Positions 49,453-63,544 are shown, counted from the first letter of the whole stretch. The stretch: 63,980 bases of DNA, filler included, from Octopus bimaculoides (GCF_001194135.2; 5 parts of 5 records of this genome joined end to end with filler, not necessarily neighbours in it), one strand, 5' to 3'. The notes: a model not told the origin generated them from the letters alone. Translations and numbers: made by a program.

Positions 49453-50344
49453 GGCGGAAGCCGTAGCCACTCATAATAAAAAAGTACTGTTGGAATGTTC
49501 CAGTGAAAACCTTGATAAAATGCAAGCACATTAAATATATCCAGTACCTTGAATATATCCAGTACCTTAAATATATCCAGTACCTTAAATATATTCAGTA
49601 GCAAAAGCATTACTTCTGTATGACGACATTACGAAGCTAATGACTGTGGACAAGCTTTGCATAGCATTGTACACGGTTTCACCTGAATCTTAGTTAATGT
49701 GTGTGTGGGTATACAAACATATGCGTGTGTATACACACACACACACTGGTACACGTACATACATGCACACACGAATATATACATAAATATATGCATACAT
49801 ACATGCATACAATCTTTTTTAACAAGCGAGAGAAAAGAGTGCTCAATACTTGTTGAGGGGATTTTTATTCGTAAGAATCCGGTCATTGACTCCGTCCGTT
49901 GCCACCCAGGGCTTCTCTTTTAATGGGAAATAATCATCTACGATTACCTACGTCTATGTCTATCTGTATCGTTATCTTTCTTACTGCTTAATTACCTCAT
50001 CAATCAATCTAACTACATGTCGGTCGATCCTGTGTATTTATCTATCTGTTTCTCCATTTATCCGTTCACCAAACTCTGTATATAATTCCACATGTACCTA
50101 TCGATCTATTGATTCAGCCATTTGACTTATGTATTTTTATATTTTGTTGCCAGTTTAAGTGAGACGACAACGTCAAATGAATAATAAAAAAAACTTGGCA
50201 AGCAACAACAGGCGTTAGAAATGGCGAAGCAATATAGAAGCACTCCTCACTTCTCTCCCTCTCACTCCTATTTCTTTCTTTCACTCACTCACTCACTCTC
50301 TCTCTCGCTTACTCACTCACTCACTCACTCATCCACTCTCAAAC

Positions 50345-50742
50345 TTAACAAATGTCTATGTTGTCTCTTAACAAAACTGCACATTTGATGGCAAAGGTAA
50401 AACCAAAATCTTCTTCCTGTTTCAGAGAAGTGCCACGCATTATCAAATATTGATGGACGACCACCAAATATATGACAATCTTTCACTACAGATTCTAATC
50501 TTCAGAGCAAATTGCTTCTGGAATTTTATGCAACAAGACAGATCCAGCAAAACCGACCCGGTCTTACCTTCATCCCGAAAATGTTAGAATCACTCTTTAT
50601 TATCCTTTCATATACTCAAAATTCTTTTACTGTGTTGCAGCCTGGGGAAATTGTAAAGTTCGCTTACTCAACAATGCCATTCATAAATCATGCAAGACTC
50701 TCAAAATAAACAATCCTCAATAAAAATTACTTTCGATTAATA

Positions 50743-50813
<71 letters not shown>

Positions 50814-51400
50814 CAACTCTGCCATTCAGTTCCACAAAATATTTCATCATCACCGCCATACTTATTGCTATGAAATTATCCGTCGTCATTCTCTCCCTCA
50901 TAACTACCAAACAAGAGGTATTACTGACTTGAATTTCGAAACACCCTTTTGTCGAGTAGCAGTTTGTCAAAGAAGCTTTATTTATAACACTATTAACATA
51001 TGGAATAATATCTTACCACGAAAGCTAAAAAAACATTTTTTCGCTGTCAAATTTCAAAAAAAATCATTAAAAGTCCACCTTCTGCTGAACGAAACTCATT
51101 TATAAACTTTGTTTTATAGACCTACAGTATTTATAACATTTGTAATATTTCATATTTCCAGAAATTTATTTTTTATATACGTTTTTGACCGCCTTGCTTG
51201 CTTGCAAAGAATTTTTTTTTTATATAATTACTGACTCATTTTATTTTTTTGACCTCTTATCAAGCTGTCAAAGGGTTTACTCCGATTTTTTATACAACTT
51301 CTGAAAAATATTTTTTGTAATCTTTACTTATTGTAATCGATAAAGAAATTTTCGATGTAAATTGGATTACTAAATTTATTTATTATTTATTATTATTTCA
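50345..51400 (+). mobile_element. CR1/L2-group LINE 3' end, split by (TG)n
   Basis: MLSLNKT, TLYYPFIYSKFFYCVAAWGN, PFCRVAVCQRSFIYNTINIWNNILP..FQKKSLKVHLL; AT-rich UTR with (TTA)-type tail. Confidence 0.68.
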
Positions 51401-52354
51401 AATTTCAGCTTAAGTTTTGAGTTGAAGTAATGTGAAATTAGCAAATCAACACTCAACACACTATTTTATTACCTGTTTCACTTGCTTCCACTTTACTGCA
51501 TTTGTATCTTATCATCATTTATCACTATCAGCAAAGTGATGGGATGAGGAGTTCACAAATAGCTGATAAGGCTACCTGATAAGAAGAAAAAAAAAATGAA
51601 CTCATTTCAAAGAGAAAATTCTACTTTCGAGTAAACTTCAGTACAGTAAATATTCTCAGCATGCTCTCTTAGTTATAGTACAAATCAAGACTCATTTGTC
51701 CTAACTCTGAGTACTAAAGAAGCTTTTGAGGAATTATGGAATAATGGTGCCGCACTTAGCTGGATATTGTGGGAAATTATAAGACCGGAGATCCGTTAAA
51801 TTTACTACTTTAGATTATAGTAGTTAGTTTTCTTTTAAGATTCGAAACTTAGATGTATAGGTTCTAAGACTAAACTAGATGACGAATAACGTTTCCATAT
51901 TTGGAAATATAGCCCGAAGATGGTTGCTGTAAACAGTAATGATATATATTTGATACTCGAGCATTTCTGATGTTAGCTTATGGTAAGAATGCTAGCCAAA
52001 GAAAAAAAGTTTCATTTTTGCACCTAAAATTGCCACCACAACATTCGAAAATTTTCTGGGGAAAAGCATATCAAAAGAATATAAAAGATTCAACTCTTTG
52101 AGGATATTCAGTTTATTGCAACTGGAAGGTATGTGCATTTTTTGTCTCATATTTGATACAACAATTTTCATTCTCAATTTCTTCACAGAAAATTTATTCT
52201 GTTACCACTAAAAAATTATGCCTCCTCTCTTTCCAGACAATCACTGTTTGGTTCATACTGATCATGTATTTATGAATTGTAAGTATTGTAAATTAAGTGT
52301 TGTCAATAAAACATGACTGAAGATAATTTTTTCCTTTTTGTTCATATTTCAACA

Positions 52355-52840
52355 TTGGTGTGGCTTTGTGGTAAGAGGTCTGATTCTCAAACACATTGCT
52401 CCGATTTCAGTCCCTATACGTAGCATCTTGGATAAATATCTTCTACTATACTGCTGAGCCGATCAAAGTCTTGTGAATGAATTCTGCTGATGCAAACTGA
52501 AAGAAGACCGTCGTACATACACACACACATACACACGCACATACTGTGTGCATGTGTGTGTGTGTGTGTGCGTGTGTGTGTGTGTGTGTATTATACATTG
52601 TTATATGTATGTATGTATATATATATAAGTTTGTGTTCTTGTGCTTGTGTTTATCTCCCACCACCGATTGACAACCGCCGTTGTTTACCTTCCCGTAACT
52701 TGTTCTGCAAACGAGACTAATAGAATAAGTGCAAGACTTTAAAAATTACATATAACCTGGGGTTCCTTTGTTTACCTGAACCCTTGAAGGTGGCGCTTCA
52801 GCATGGCTGAGGTCCAATGACTGAAATAAGTTGAAGATAA
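52355..52840 (+). mobile_element. SINE family B, diverged full length
   Basis: Head, aaactgaaagaagac, microsatellite, tail aatgactgaaataag. Confidence 0.72.
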
Positions 52841-52879
52841 ACGAAGAGGTTAGCATAACAAACTTTCATGAAGATCACT

Positions 52880-53600
52880 TTTCTGGACTGTCACTAAATC
52901 AATGCGTCAGTCCTACATAGATTAATATTTAGTCTGTTTCTGATCTCCGTTTCCCTTTATCATGTAGCCAATGACTTTGTAAACGAACTGCAAAATTCCA
53001 TAGTCATTTTCCCGATGATACTAGCAGGTAAATGGAACATTGTGGCAACCTGCAAGACCTAAATCAGAGGTTCTCAACTAGAGTCCATTTGGCCCCTAAG
53101 GTTCCATATAAGATTTGGGGAGGGGGGTCAATATAACAAAATAGTAAATTGAGGATCTACAATAGTATTTTAAGGGCCCTTGGAAAAATTTTACTTTAGA
53201 TTTATGCATTAATAAATATTGTAAGAAATAGCCAGGTTTCTTTCTCTCACATTTTCACAAGTTATAGTGTGAAAACAATATAGGAATTTTGATAGAGGTT
53301 TCTATAAGACTAGTTTTTAAATATCGAATAGTTATGGAGATCCACCAGATTAAAATAGTAATCAAAGGAGTGCAAGGATAAGAAATATTGGTTGAGAGCC
53401 CCTGGCCTAAATGAATAATTGAAATCAACATTTGAGGCATCAAGGTATGAAACAAGAAGTTTATTAAATTCTGAATTGGATTTAGAGACGTATAAGATGT
53501 CTGACTACCAGAAAAGAATTTGAAATTCTTGCGAATAAGACATGTTTTCTTTTTGGCTGAGAATATCTGCTATCATCTAATAATAGTTTTATGTACCGCG
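52880..53600 (+). mobile_element. Highly decayed CR1-like RT, host of the hAT MITE
   Basis: VANDFVNELQNSIVIFPDDT and QDLN straddling the MITE insertion site. Confidence 0.33.
53065..53404. mobile_element. hAT (Charlie-like) MITE with 8-bp TSD
   Basis: TIRs cagaggttctcaac / gttgagagcccctg; TSD acctaaat (53057-53064) / gcctaaat (53405-53412). Confidence 0.85.
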
Positions 53601-53741
53601 GCGAAGAGCACTGGGCAGCCCCAAATTGCAAACAATCGCTGGCTGCAGGAATGACTGTGTAGTTTGTGTTTCAATTCCAATCCAGAATACTTTCTTCTAG
53701 AGCCTTGTGCTACTCATATTCCGTCCCCAGTTGAACAATAC

Positions 53742-53819
<78 letters not shown>

Positions 53820-54459
53820 TGTGTGAGTAATTGTTTTTTAAAATGATCATGCCTTTATGAACAATACATCTCATATATTTGTCCTCCACCCCCAAATGTC
53901 TAATAGCCCAAAGGGTAAATACCTGAATATTTGAAGCTGCAAGAGACAGTGGATGTTTGCGCATGTTTCCTCTCGTGTTAATCTTCGTATTCTATTAAAT
54001 GAACTGGTTTTTCGATCACATTCTGGAACTCTCCTATACTTATTCCTTTTTGTTGCTCTTTAGCCGCAAATCAGCACTGCTCGAGCAGACCTGTTATAAA
54101 AGAATTTCTAGCTATGACCGTCCACTCATATACTCATATGTTCTAGCTATGACTGTCCACTGTCCAAGGCATGCTTTGCTTTTAAGCTAATGTCATTTGT
54201 ATTTACAGATATTTGGCTGCTGTTTCTACTGGGTTCAAGTGGCAGTCATGCGTTCCTTTGTTAGCTGGTATCAAGTGACATTTGAGATCTGATGTGGAGA
54301 AGTAGGGATCATGCGTCAGGGTGTTGGTCATTGTGCATTTATATAGTAACAGAAGCAGCATAACTCGGCATTTCAATGAGTTCTTATATGTTTGTTTGCA
54401 AAAAAACTCTGAGTAACGAAATGTGAAGTGAACTGAAAAAAAGACATACTCTTTTATTC

Positions 54460-54672
54460 TTTTATTCTTTTATTCTTTTGCTTGTTTCGGTCATTTGACT
54501 GCGGCCATGCTGGAGCACCGTCTTAAGGGGTTATTAGTCGAATAAATCGACCCCAGGACTTATTCTTTGTACGGCTAGGATTTATTTTTGGTTTGCCATA
54601 ACGCTAAGTTACAGGATTGTAAATACACCAAAATTGGTTGTCCAGAGATGATGGGGTGGAGTACAAACACAG

Positions 54673-54710
<38 letters not shown>

Positions 54711-54870
54711 AAACACACATATATATATATTTCCGTCTACCAAATCCACTTACAAGGCATTTGTCGGCCCGAGACCATAGTAGAAGACACTTGCCCAAGG
54801 TTTCACGCAGTCGGGCTGAACCCGGAACCATGTGGTTGGGAAGCAAGCTCCTTACCAGGCAGCCACGTCT
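54460..54870 (-). mobile_element. SINE family B, full length
   Basis: (ttttattc)n tail, family body and head. Confidence 0.85.
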
Positions 54871-55055
54871 GCATCTTTATCTATATATATATTTTAAAGA
54901 TAAAATGGACAAAGCTCCTTCCCAAGTCGTTTAGATGCATAGGACCGGTTTTCCGGTTTCCATGGACGGTCCGTCACATGATTACTCACTTTTGCCAGAT
55001 GAGTGGACTGGAATAACGTGAAATGAAGATCACAACGACTAAGCCACGCACTTTC

Positions 55056-55135
<80 letters not shown>

Positions 55136-55169
55136 TAATACGTTCGTGTACACTCAGATGTAGGAAAAC

Positions 55170-55520
55170 CTTTCAACGTGAAACATACATTCATGCATAC
55201 ATACATGCATACATACATTTATACATACATGCATACATACATTTATGCATACATGCATACATACATACATTCATACATCCATCCATCCATACATGCATGC
55301 ATACATACATACATGCATACTTACATTTATACATACATGCATACATTTATGCATACAAGCATACATACATACATACATACATTCATACATCCATCCAACC
55401 ATACATGCATGCATACATGCATACATACATACATACATACATACATGTATACATACATTTATAAATACATGCATACATGCACGCACATGCATACATACAT
55501 ACATACATCCATACATACAG
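55170..55520. repeat. (CATA)n-rich array; similar arrays at 49355-49450, 57880-57945, 58356-58700, 59365-59672, 60115-60210, 62600-62760 and (TATG)n at 47781-47838
   Basis: Direct reading. Confidence 0.95.
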
Positions 55521-55808
55521 GACATGTAAGAAAATGTCAATAAAAGACTGCATGATCAAGGTTGGAATGCATGTGAACATGTGGTCATAGGTCTCCTTGA
55601 CAGGATTGACTTGGGGTTGTACAACAACATTGATACCACAGCTAACACCTTGTAGCAAAATCACCACAACCCACCACGCTACCGTTAACGCCACCGTATC
55701 GATCCTTTGCTGCACCACCACAGCCACCACTCGACCATACTATTAATACCATCACTGCCACCCGAGCCACAACAATCACCCAACTCTTACTACTACTACT
55801 ACTACTAC

Positions 55809-55853
<45 letters not shown>

Positions 55854-57166
55854 CGACCCAGCTACACTATACCATCACCGCTACCATTTCAGTACCATCA
55901 CCACCAACGCCACCACCACCACCACCACAACCACAACCACTACCATCACCAACACCACCAACACCACCACCAACACCACCATCATCACCACCATCTCTTC
56001 TACCTCAAACAATTCCACTACAACGAACATCTCTATGGCTACCACTACTAGCGCCACTGTCATCATCATCATAACTACCACAATTAAGTTTAATACTACT
56101 ACCACTACTACCATAAATCTCCCCAACCCCGTTACACTCCTTTTTTCCACCCACCCATCACTAGATCAATCTAATTAATTGCAAAGTGAAACCAATGAGG
56201 CAAGATACTCTGGGGACAATTATGCAAGTTCCAACACAACCGTGGTTTTCTCTCTTGTCTGTCTACCTGCCGGTCTATTTGTCTATTTGTCTATTTGTTC
56301 GCCTGTCTGAAATTCATTCTGCCTATCTGTCTATCTGCTGTTTTCATCTCACCACTACCACCGCCACCTCTCTTTGTGGTTGGCTTTTCATGCACTTTCA
56401 GCTTTATTCTATCTACTTGCCTGCTTACCTATCTATCAATCAATCAATCAATCTATCTATGTATCTATCTTTCTATCTATCTATCTATCTGTGCGTATGT
56501 ATGCATGCATGTATGTACGTACGTATGTATGTACGTGCGTACGTATGTATGTACGTTTATATATATATATATATATAAATGTTCGAAATGAGGAGTAGCT
56601 ACATAGCCGACAACTGATGAGGGGTCCTTTCTCTGTATTTACTTGTCCTGTTTTCCATTTTTTTCTCGCTGTTTACGTACTTCACTCGTTTTCCCCTCGT
56701 TTGTTTCCGTATTTCATGTTATTTGCACCGTTGGTGACGTCCTGTACCCATATATGCATATATATATATATACATATATATANNNNNNNNNNNNNNNNNN
56801 NNNNNNNNNNNNNNNNNNNNNNNNNNNNNNNNNNNNNNNNNNNNNNNNNNNNNNNNNNNNNNNNNNNNNNNNNNNNNNNNNNNNNNNNNNNNNNNNNNNN
56901 NNNNNNNNNNNNNNNNNNNNNNNNNNNNNNNNNNNNNNNNNNNNNNNNNNNNNNNNNNNNNNNNNNNNNNAATTTATTATATATATGTGTGTTTATGTGT
57001 GTGTATATGTGTGTGTATGTGTGTTTTGAGTGTGTGTGTGTAGAGGGTGTGGTGAATATATGGCCATCTAAATTAAGCAAAAATGAAAATAACATTGAAA
57101 TCTCATTTTAATAGATATATTTATCAAAATTACATAAAAAATATCTTGAAATATTAAAGAGCAAAT

Positions 57167-57646
57167 TTATTCAATAAAATCGCCATTGGCTTCAACCACG
57201 ACCTCCAGACGACTCCGGATCTCCTGCAACTCTACTGAACGGTTTGCTTGTTTAAGTTAGTGAATGCTGCCATAATCCATGCCTTCAATTCATCTTTGAT
57301 GTTACAAGGAGTTTTGTTGGTCTTTCGCTCAACTGCGCCCTACACATAATAATAAAGGGGTTACACTGTGGGGAGTTAGGTGGCCGGATTTATCTGACAA
57401 CTATTATCTGCCAACTATGACTGGATTCTCTTGCTTGTGTGGCATGGTACAGAGTCTTGTTGCCAGACATAGTGTTCTAGCAGCCACCCTCTTGACCCAG
57501 GGCAGCACTACCTCCTCCAGGTACTTGATGTAAGCCTCTGTGTTGAGTTTGAGGCTGTGTGAGAAGATGAATGGAGGCATAACATCGCCTTCACTAGTGA
57601 TCACTCGAAACACTATGATGTTGACCGGATGTTTGATTTTTATCAC
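57167..57646 (-). mobile_element. mariner-like (maT/DD37D-type) transposase C-terminal relic
   Basis: KHPVNIIVFRVITSEGDVMPPFIF...YVWQQDSVPCHTS...PPNSPQCNP..YYV*GAVER...RSRLEVVVEANGDFIE*, with frameshifts. D-D spacing cannot be counted because of a deletion. Confidence 0.8.
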
Positions 57647-57764
57647 TCTCCGTACATATCCTCAGATTGCGCTGTCCTCAGAATGACACCTAAACACTTT
57701 GAAATGTTCGTATTGGAGCTTCCGGCGCGAATGCCAAGCAGTATAGCAGGCCGTTTCTAAATTT

Positions 57765-57878
57765 CTGGCAGGGTGGATTGCGTTATGGTGCTGTTTTCTC
57801 AAGGAGCCATGGATCTAGGTTAGAAACCAGCTCTTTCTCCATTGGCAAGAAATCTTGAAATAAAACTGAATAATGACA
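57765..57878 (+). mobile_element. 3' UTR-only fragment of the same family
   Basis: aaggagccatggatctaggttagaaaccagctc...gaaatcttgaaataaaactgaataatga, followed by a CA/CATA array. Confidence 0.6.
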
Positions 57879-59089
57879 TACACACACGTACGTACATACA
57901 TACATACATACATGCATACATACATGCATGCATACATACATACGTACGGATGTATGATGCTGATGATGTTGATGTTGTTGATGATCATGATGATTGTGTT
58001 GTTCATCATGATGATTGCTTCATTTTGTCAGATGATAGCAGTCTCACGTTCAGCCTGATTGTTCTGATTTACTCTCATCAGACCAAGAAATTAAATGACA
58101 GTTGGACATCTGTACGTCACCGGATTTAAGTGACGAAAGCTTGTAAAACACTTTGCCACTCTCTCANNNNNNNNNNNNNNNNNNNNNNNNNNNNNNNNNN
58201 NNNNNNNNNNNNNNNNNNNNNNNNNNNNNNNNNNNNNNNNNNNNNNNNNNNNNNNNNNNNNNNNNNNNNNNNNNNNNNNNNNNNNNNNNNNNNNNNNNNN
58301 NNNNNNNNNNNNNNNNNNNNNNNNNNNNNNNNNNNNNNNNNNNNNNNNNNNNNNNACATACATACATACATACACACATGTAAACATACATACCTACCTA
58401 CATACATATATACATACATACGCACACATATATACATACACATACATACATGCATGCATAAACACATGCATAATACATACATACATACATACATACGTGC
58501 ATGCATACACACATTCATACATAATGCATACATATAAACATACATAATACATACATATGAACATATATACATACGTACATACATACATACATACATACAT
58601 ATACACACATAAACATACATACCTACATACATATATACATACATATACACACATATATACATACATATACATACATGCATGCATAAACACATACATACAT
58701 AGTGATTACGTCATCTTCACAGATAATTGCTGTCTCCTTTTGCTTCTTCGTTGTCAATGGCATTACTGACTTTCCGTCCATGAACTCTCAGATTGCTATG
58801 GAGTTCCGTTGCAGACCTGCATGCCCGTGCGGTTCCAGTTGCTTAGATTTGCACACGTCGCGACTCTTCGATCGCTAGAGGAGACGGAATGACAAACGAG
58901 GTCACCACAAAGAGACATCTGTATGTCATTAGATTACAGTGATAAACGCTTGTACAACACGAATGCCACTTTCTGAGTTTCTGTGATTAGTGTCTATTGA
59001 CAGGCCGAAGCGAGATAACCAGAAATCACGTGGAACGCACACATATATCCGTATATGCACGTACATGTATACATACATGCCCGGTTTGC

Positions 59090-59365
59090 AAATTTACATT
59101 TATACCAACAATGATTTGAGCACTTGCCTTTGTAAGTAAGTGCCTAATTGTCAGTCTTGATAAACTTGGATTTTTAGAGAAAGAAACTGACCAACTGACT
59201 CGCACATTACAAATACAATCTACAAGTGGAACAGTAAAATTATGCAAGACTTTTCTCAGGTTTAAAATGTAACATTGTTTTCGATATCTACGGTTCACTA
59301 GCGGAGCTTTGTATCTTTGTTAGAAAGCAGCTCCTTCTTCAGAGAATGAATTTAAATGATTAAAA
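59090..59365 (+). mobile_element. Short 3' fragment of the same RLE retrotransposon family
   Basis: KFTFIPTMI*ALAFVSKCLIVSLDKLGFLEKETDQLTRTLQIQSTSGTVKLCKTFLRFKM* (stop 59270-59272), then UTR hairpin ggagc...gctcc. Confidence 0.72.
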
Positions 59366-59677
59366 ACAGAAGACAAACATATACATACATAAATGCTTGC
59401 ATGCATACATACATACATACGAACCCGCATACATACATACATACCTACTTACATGCATACATACATACATACATACATACATGCATACATACATACATAC
59501 GTGCATACAAATACACACACATACATACATACATACATACATGCATACATACATACATGCATGCGTACATATATACATACAGACATACATACATACCTAC
59601 ATACATACATACGTACATACATACATACATACATACATACATACATACATACATACATGCATGCATACATACATGCG

Positions 59678-60310
59678 GAGTACTGGTGGAATGACCCAGT
59701 GAAAACGTCAATAAGCTGTAAACATAATAGACCTCACATAGTAATTTAAGATAGAGAAGACAGACTGTACAGTTGTGTAAATCAACTCCCCTGCAGACAT
59801 TAACATAAAGCTAAAGATGAGGGAAAAACAAAATACCTACGTTGAAATATTAAAGAATCCTTAGCTACTCTATTCAGATTACAAGTTCAGGTTTATACTT
59901 GTAACTGGCTAAATACCAATCATAAGAAATTAGGCTTCTCAAAACTAGAAAGGCGACAGCTGATTCGAGGCTTACCGATCCAAGCCATCACTGGAACTGT
60001 AAAAATCTGGAAAGCTTTCCAGAAGTTTATCATTTAAGTATATATGAGCATGTCTAGATATGCAACAATATATATGAGAATACAGACATAAAACAGAACA
60101 TACAAAGCTGCACACATACATACATACATACATACATACATACATACATACATACATACATACATACATACATACATACACACATATGTACATGCATGCA
60201 TGCATGCATACATCCATTCATACACAGCCTGGTGACGTTGTTGAAAATTCCAATGAAGGAGACTTGGATCTAGATTAGAAACCGGCTCTTTCCCTATTGA
60301 CAAGAAACAT
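59678..60310 (+). mobile_element. 3' end of the same RLE retrotransposon family
   Basis: EYWWNDPVKTSISCKHNRPHIVI...PADINIKLKMREKQNTYVEIL...YSDYKFRFI...IQAITGTVKIWKAFQKF; UTR with internal (CATA)n and aaaattccaatgaagga...ttagaaaccggctc motif. Confidence 0.8.
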
Positions 60311-60699
60311 TTCTTGTTCGGCCCAGAGCTATAGTGCAACACATTGGGACTGAACCCGGAATCTTGTGGCTGGGAAGCAAACGTCTTACGAAGCACAAAT
60401 TATATTTTATCCCTGCTTTGCTTTTAAGGATTAGACTTTCATTATCTTTTTTTCTTTTTTCTAGGTTTCATCAGCGCTTAGATTTCATATTTGGATGCAG
60501 GTCGTGCACTCACCTTAATCCACATCATATTGTCTTAAAATAAGGAAGAACATACCGTGTAATGTAGTTCAGAGTATACTCTATAGAAGAAATAAATAAA
60601 TAAATAGATAAATAAATAAATAAATAATGATGGATTGATCACAAGTAGAACATCTTTGACTTCATTAGTCTACTTTAAATAGGAGCTAAACAAGAACAG

Positions 60700-61035
60700 C
60701 ACAACAAAACTGGTGCTCCGTCAATTATGACGATGAGTGTTCCAGTTGATCCGTTCAACGGAACAGCCTGCTCATGAAATTAACGTGTAACTGGCTGAGA
60801 ACTCCACAGACATGTGTGCTCTTAATGTAGTTCACAGGGAGATTTTGCATGGCACAGAATGTGGCATGGGTGACCCTTTGAAATACAGGTACTATTCATT
60901 TTTGCCAGCTGAGTGAACTAGAACAACGTGAAATAAAGTGCCTGGCTCAAGGGCCCAACGCGCCCGCCGAGTATCGAACTCAGGACCTTACGATCGTGAG
61001 CCGAATAGCCCAACCAGAAAGTCATGCGCCTTCAC
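60700..61035 (-). mobile_element. SINE family D, longer copy
   Basis: rc reads gaaggcgc...cggctcacgatcgtaaggtcctgagttcgat...ccttgagccaggcactttatttcacgttg...cagctggcaaaaatga, as at 9307. Confidence 0.78.
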
Positions 61036-61599
61036 TACAACACAACAACCACAACAACAACAACAGCAACAGTAACAGCTAGACGGTGGTTAGTGGAATG
61101 AACCATGAAGATCTATTTCGGTTATGCACACGGCGCAGAGATGAGTAGTGTAACAGCTATTGATTACTTCAACTGCCGTGTCCCAGTCTTATGAGACTCT
61201 GTCTCTTGCCACGTAAGCTGCACACACGGCCTTTGTACATATATACAAAGCCACGCTTTCCCGCATTTACATATACAAAATATATTTACACATATGCAAA
61301 ATATATTTACACATATACAATTGTGTTTACACATATACATTTATATTTGCGCATCAAGATCTATTTACAACACGCCACTCGCACACATGCATACATACGC
61401 ACACATAGATACACACACATACACAAACAAACCAGTAATGGTCTTGCGTTTTCTCGTGGGTAAATGTGTTGTCAAGAGGGACCTCCCCTATGCACCTATG
61501 CACACTTTGTTAGAAACAGGTGCACACCTATGTAAATAGAATATGGTGCAGCGAGCATGCATGTTTAACTGCGCGCACGAGTATGCACGGAAAGGTATC

Positions 61600-61787
61600 G
61601 ACGCGTATCTATACACACGCACACACACACACACATATACACGTACACATATACACGTACACATACAAATCTCTAAACACAAATACATATTTACTCACGC
61701 AAGACTACGTGCACACACACACACACACACACACACACAGGCACAGACGCACACACACATTCACGTCCGCACTCATATACAGGACAC

Positions 61788-61857
<70 letters not shown>

Positions 61858-61960
61858 TACTACGATCTTACACATACACACACAATTTACACAAAACTAT
61901 ATTCGGACACATCAACCCAATCCTCTCTCCACACACAAACACATTCACGTACACACACAC

Positions 61961-62003
<43 letters not shown>

Positions 62004-62157
62004 TACATACACACACGCACGCACACATTGATAAATGCATACATATTCGCTCACAAACAACGCATAAATACATCCTGACACAACATACATCTACACATAG
62101 AAAAGTATATATATATGCACATACACACATACAAACACACACACAAACACACACACA

Positions 62158-62195
<38 letters not shown>

Positions 62196-62400
62196 TACAC
62201 ACAAACACAAAGCGTGTATATTCATTTATGCTACTCAAATGGATATATGCGCCCAGAAATACATATACATAAATACATAAACACAGAGTGTACGTTGTCA
62301 CACATGCAAACAACACAACACACACAAAAATCTTTATGCATACATAAACCCAAACCCGCATACATACATACACACAGAATATGTGCTATCAAACCTATAC
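61600..62400. repeat. (CA)n/(CT)n compound low-complexity region
   Basis: Direct reading. Confidence 0.9.
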
Positions 62401-62615
62401 ACATCGTTTTAATCGTCTCGCTCGCTGTCCATCAAAGACCGTTAATGGCTCACTGTTTGCACAAGTCAAACGTCAATGACACATCATCTATGTACGCTTG
62501 TACGCTCGTAAATGCACGTGGGTGGGCATGATATGCATATACATGATTACATACATACCTGTATATGTATATATAGAGAGAGGGAGGTGGAGAGATAGAT
62601 AGATACATACATACA

Positions 62616-62647
<32 letters not shown>

Positions 62648-62876
62648 CACGCGCACGCACAAATGCATACATACATACATACATACATACATGCAGGCAT
62701 CATACATACATATATACGTACATACATAAATTCATACATACATACCTGTATATATATGTATACATGTATATATATANNNNNNNNNNNNNNNNNNNNNNNN
62801 NNNNNNNNNNNNNNNNNNNNTTAATTAATTAANNNNNNNNNNNNNNNNNNNNNNNNNNNNNNNNNNNNNNNNNNNN

Positions 62877-63164
62877 CTCTGCGATATTATTGCAGTAAAG
62901 GCTTTGTAGATCGTAGGGAGAAAGGTCTATAGTTTTGTGGTTTCTCCGTTTCCGTGGGAATTAAGATAGTTTTCCCTTTCGTGAGCCACTCAGGCATTGC
63001 CTCTGGCTCTGCTAGTATGTTGTTAAAGTTTTCTGCCAGCTTTTTATGCATTCCTGGCAGGTGTTTTAACCAGAAGTTGGGGATCTTGTCGTGCCCAGGT
63101 GCCTTCCAGTTGCTTAGTCTTTGCAGTGTCTGGGTGACCTCTTCAGTTGTTATAGGGGTCCAGA

Positions 63165-63165
<1 letters not shown>
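62877..63165 (-). mobile_element. R4/Dong-like RT N-terminal fragment abutting (TAA)n
   Basis: WTPITTEEVTQTLQRLSNWKAPGHDKIPNFWLKHL...PEWLTKGKTILIP...NYRP, then after a frameshift LPTIYKAFTAIISQR into the gap. Confidence 0.88.
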
Positions 63166-63227
<62 letters not shown>

Positions 63228-63240
63228 GATCATTATTATT
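63165..63240. repeat. (TTA)n, i.e. (TAA)n on the minus strand
   Basis: Direct reading. Confidence 0.95.
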
Positions 63241-63544
63241 CCTCTCTTTTTCTAATTTCAGTCGTGAGACTGTCACAATGCTGCAACATCGATTCCAAAG
63301 ACTTTTATTCTGATAGCATCGATACAAGTATTTTGTTTTGTCTTTAGTCTATTTCCATATATGAACAAGAGACGAAGGTGACCAGGCATAAAGGAAAGTA
63401 ACAGAGATAGAATTAAATAATCCATATTATTTGGATTTTTTAATGCACGTTCCCACAAAAGTTAACATATATATGTTTGTTTGTGAGTATGAATTTAAGT
63501 ATATATTAATGTTTCGCCCAGACATCTTAAAGGTCTTTGATGTC

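Noticed and set aside
52030-52128. Candidate exon ending at |gtatgt
   Set aside because: No acceptor and no recognisable protein.
56613-56650. CTGATGA as a hammerhead core (also near 47909)
   Set aside because: No stem II closing onto GAAA and no stem I or III.
57790-57840. ...ttagaaaccgg... motif as a ribozyme
   Set aside because: Folds as a simple 3' UTR hairpin (aaggagc/gctcttt) of the Dong-like family; no CUGANGA core.
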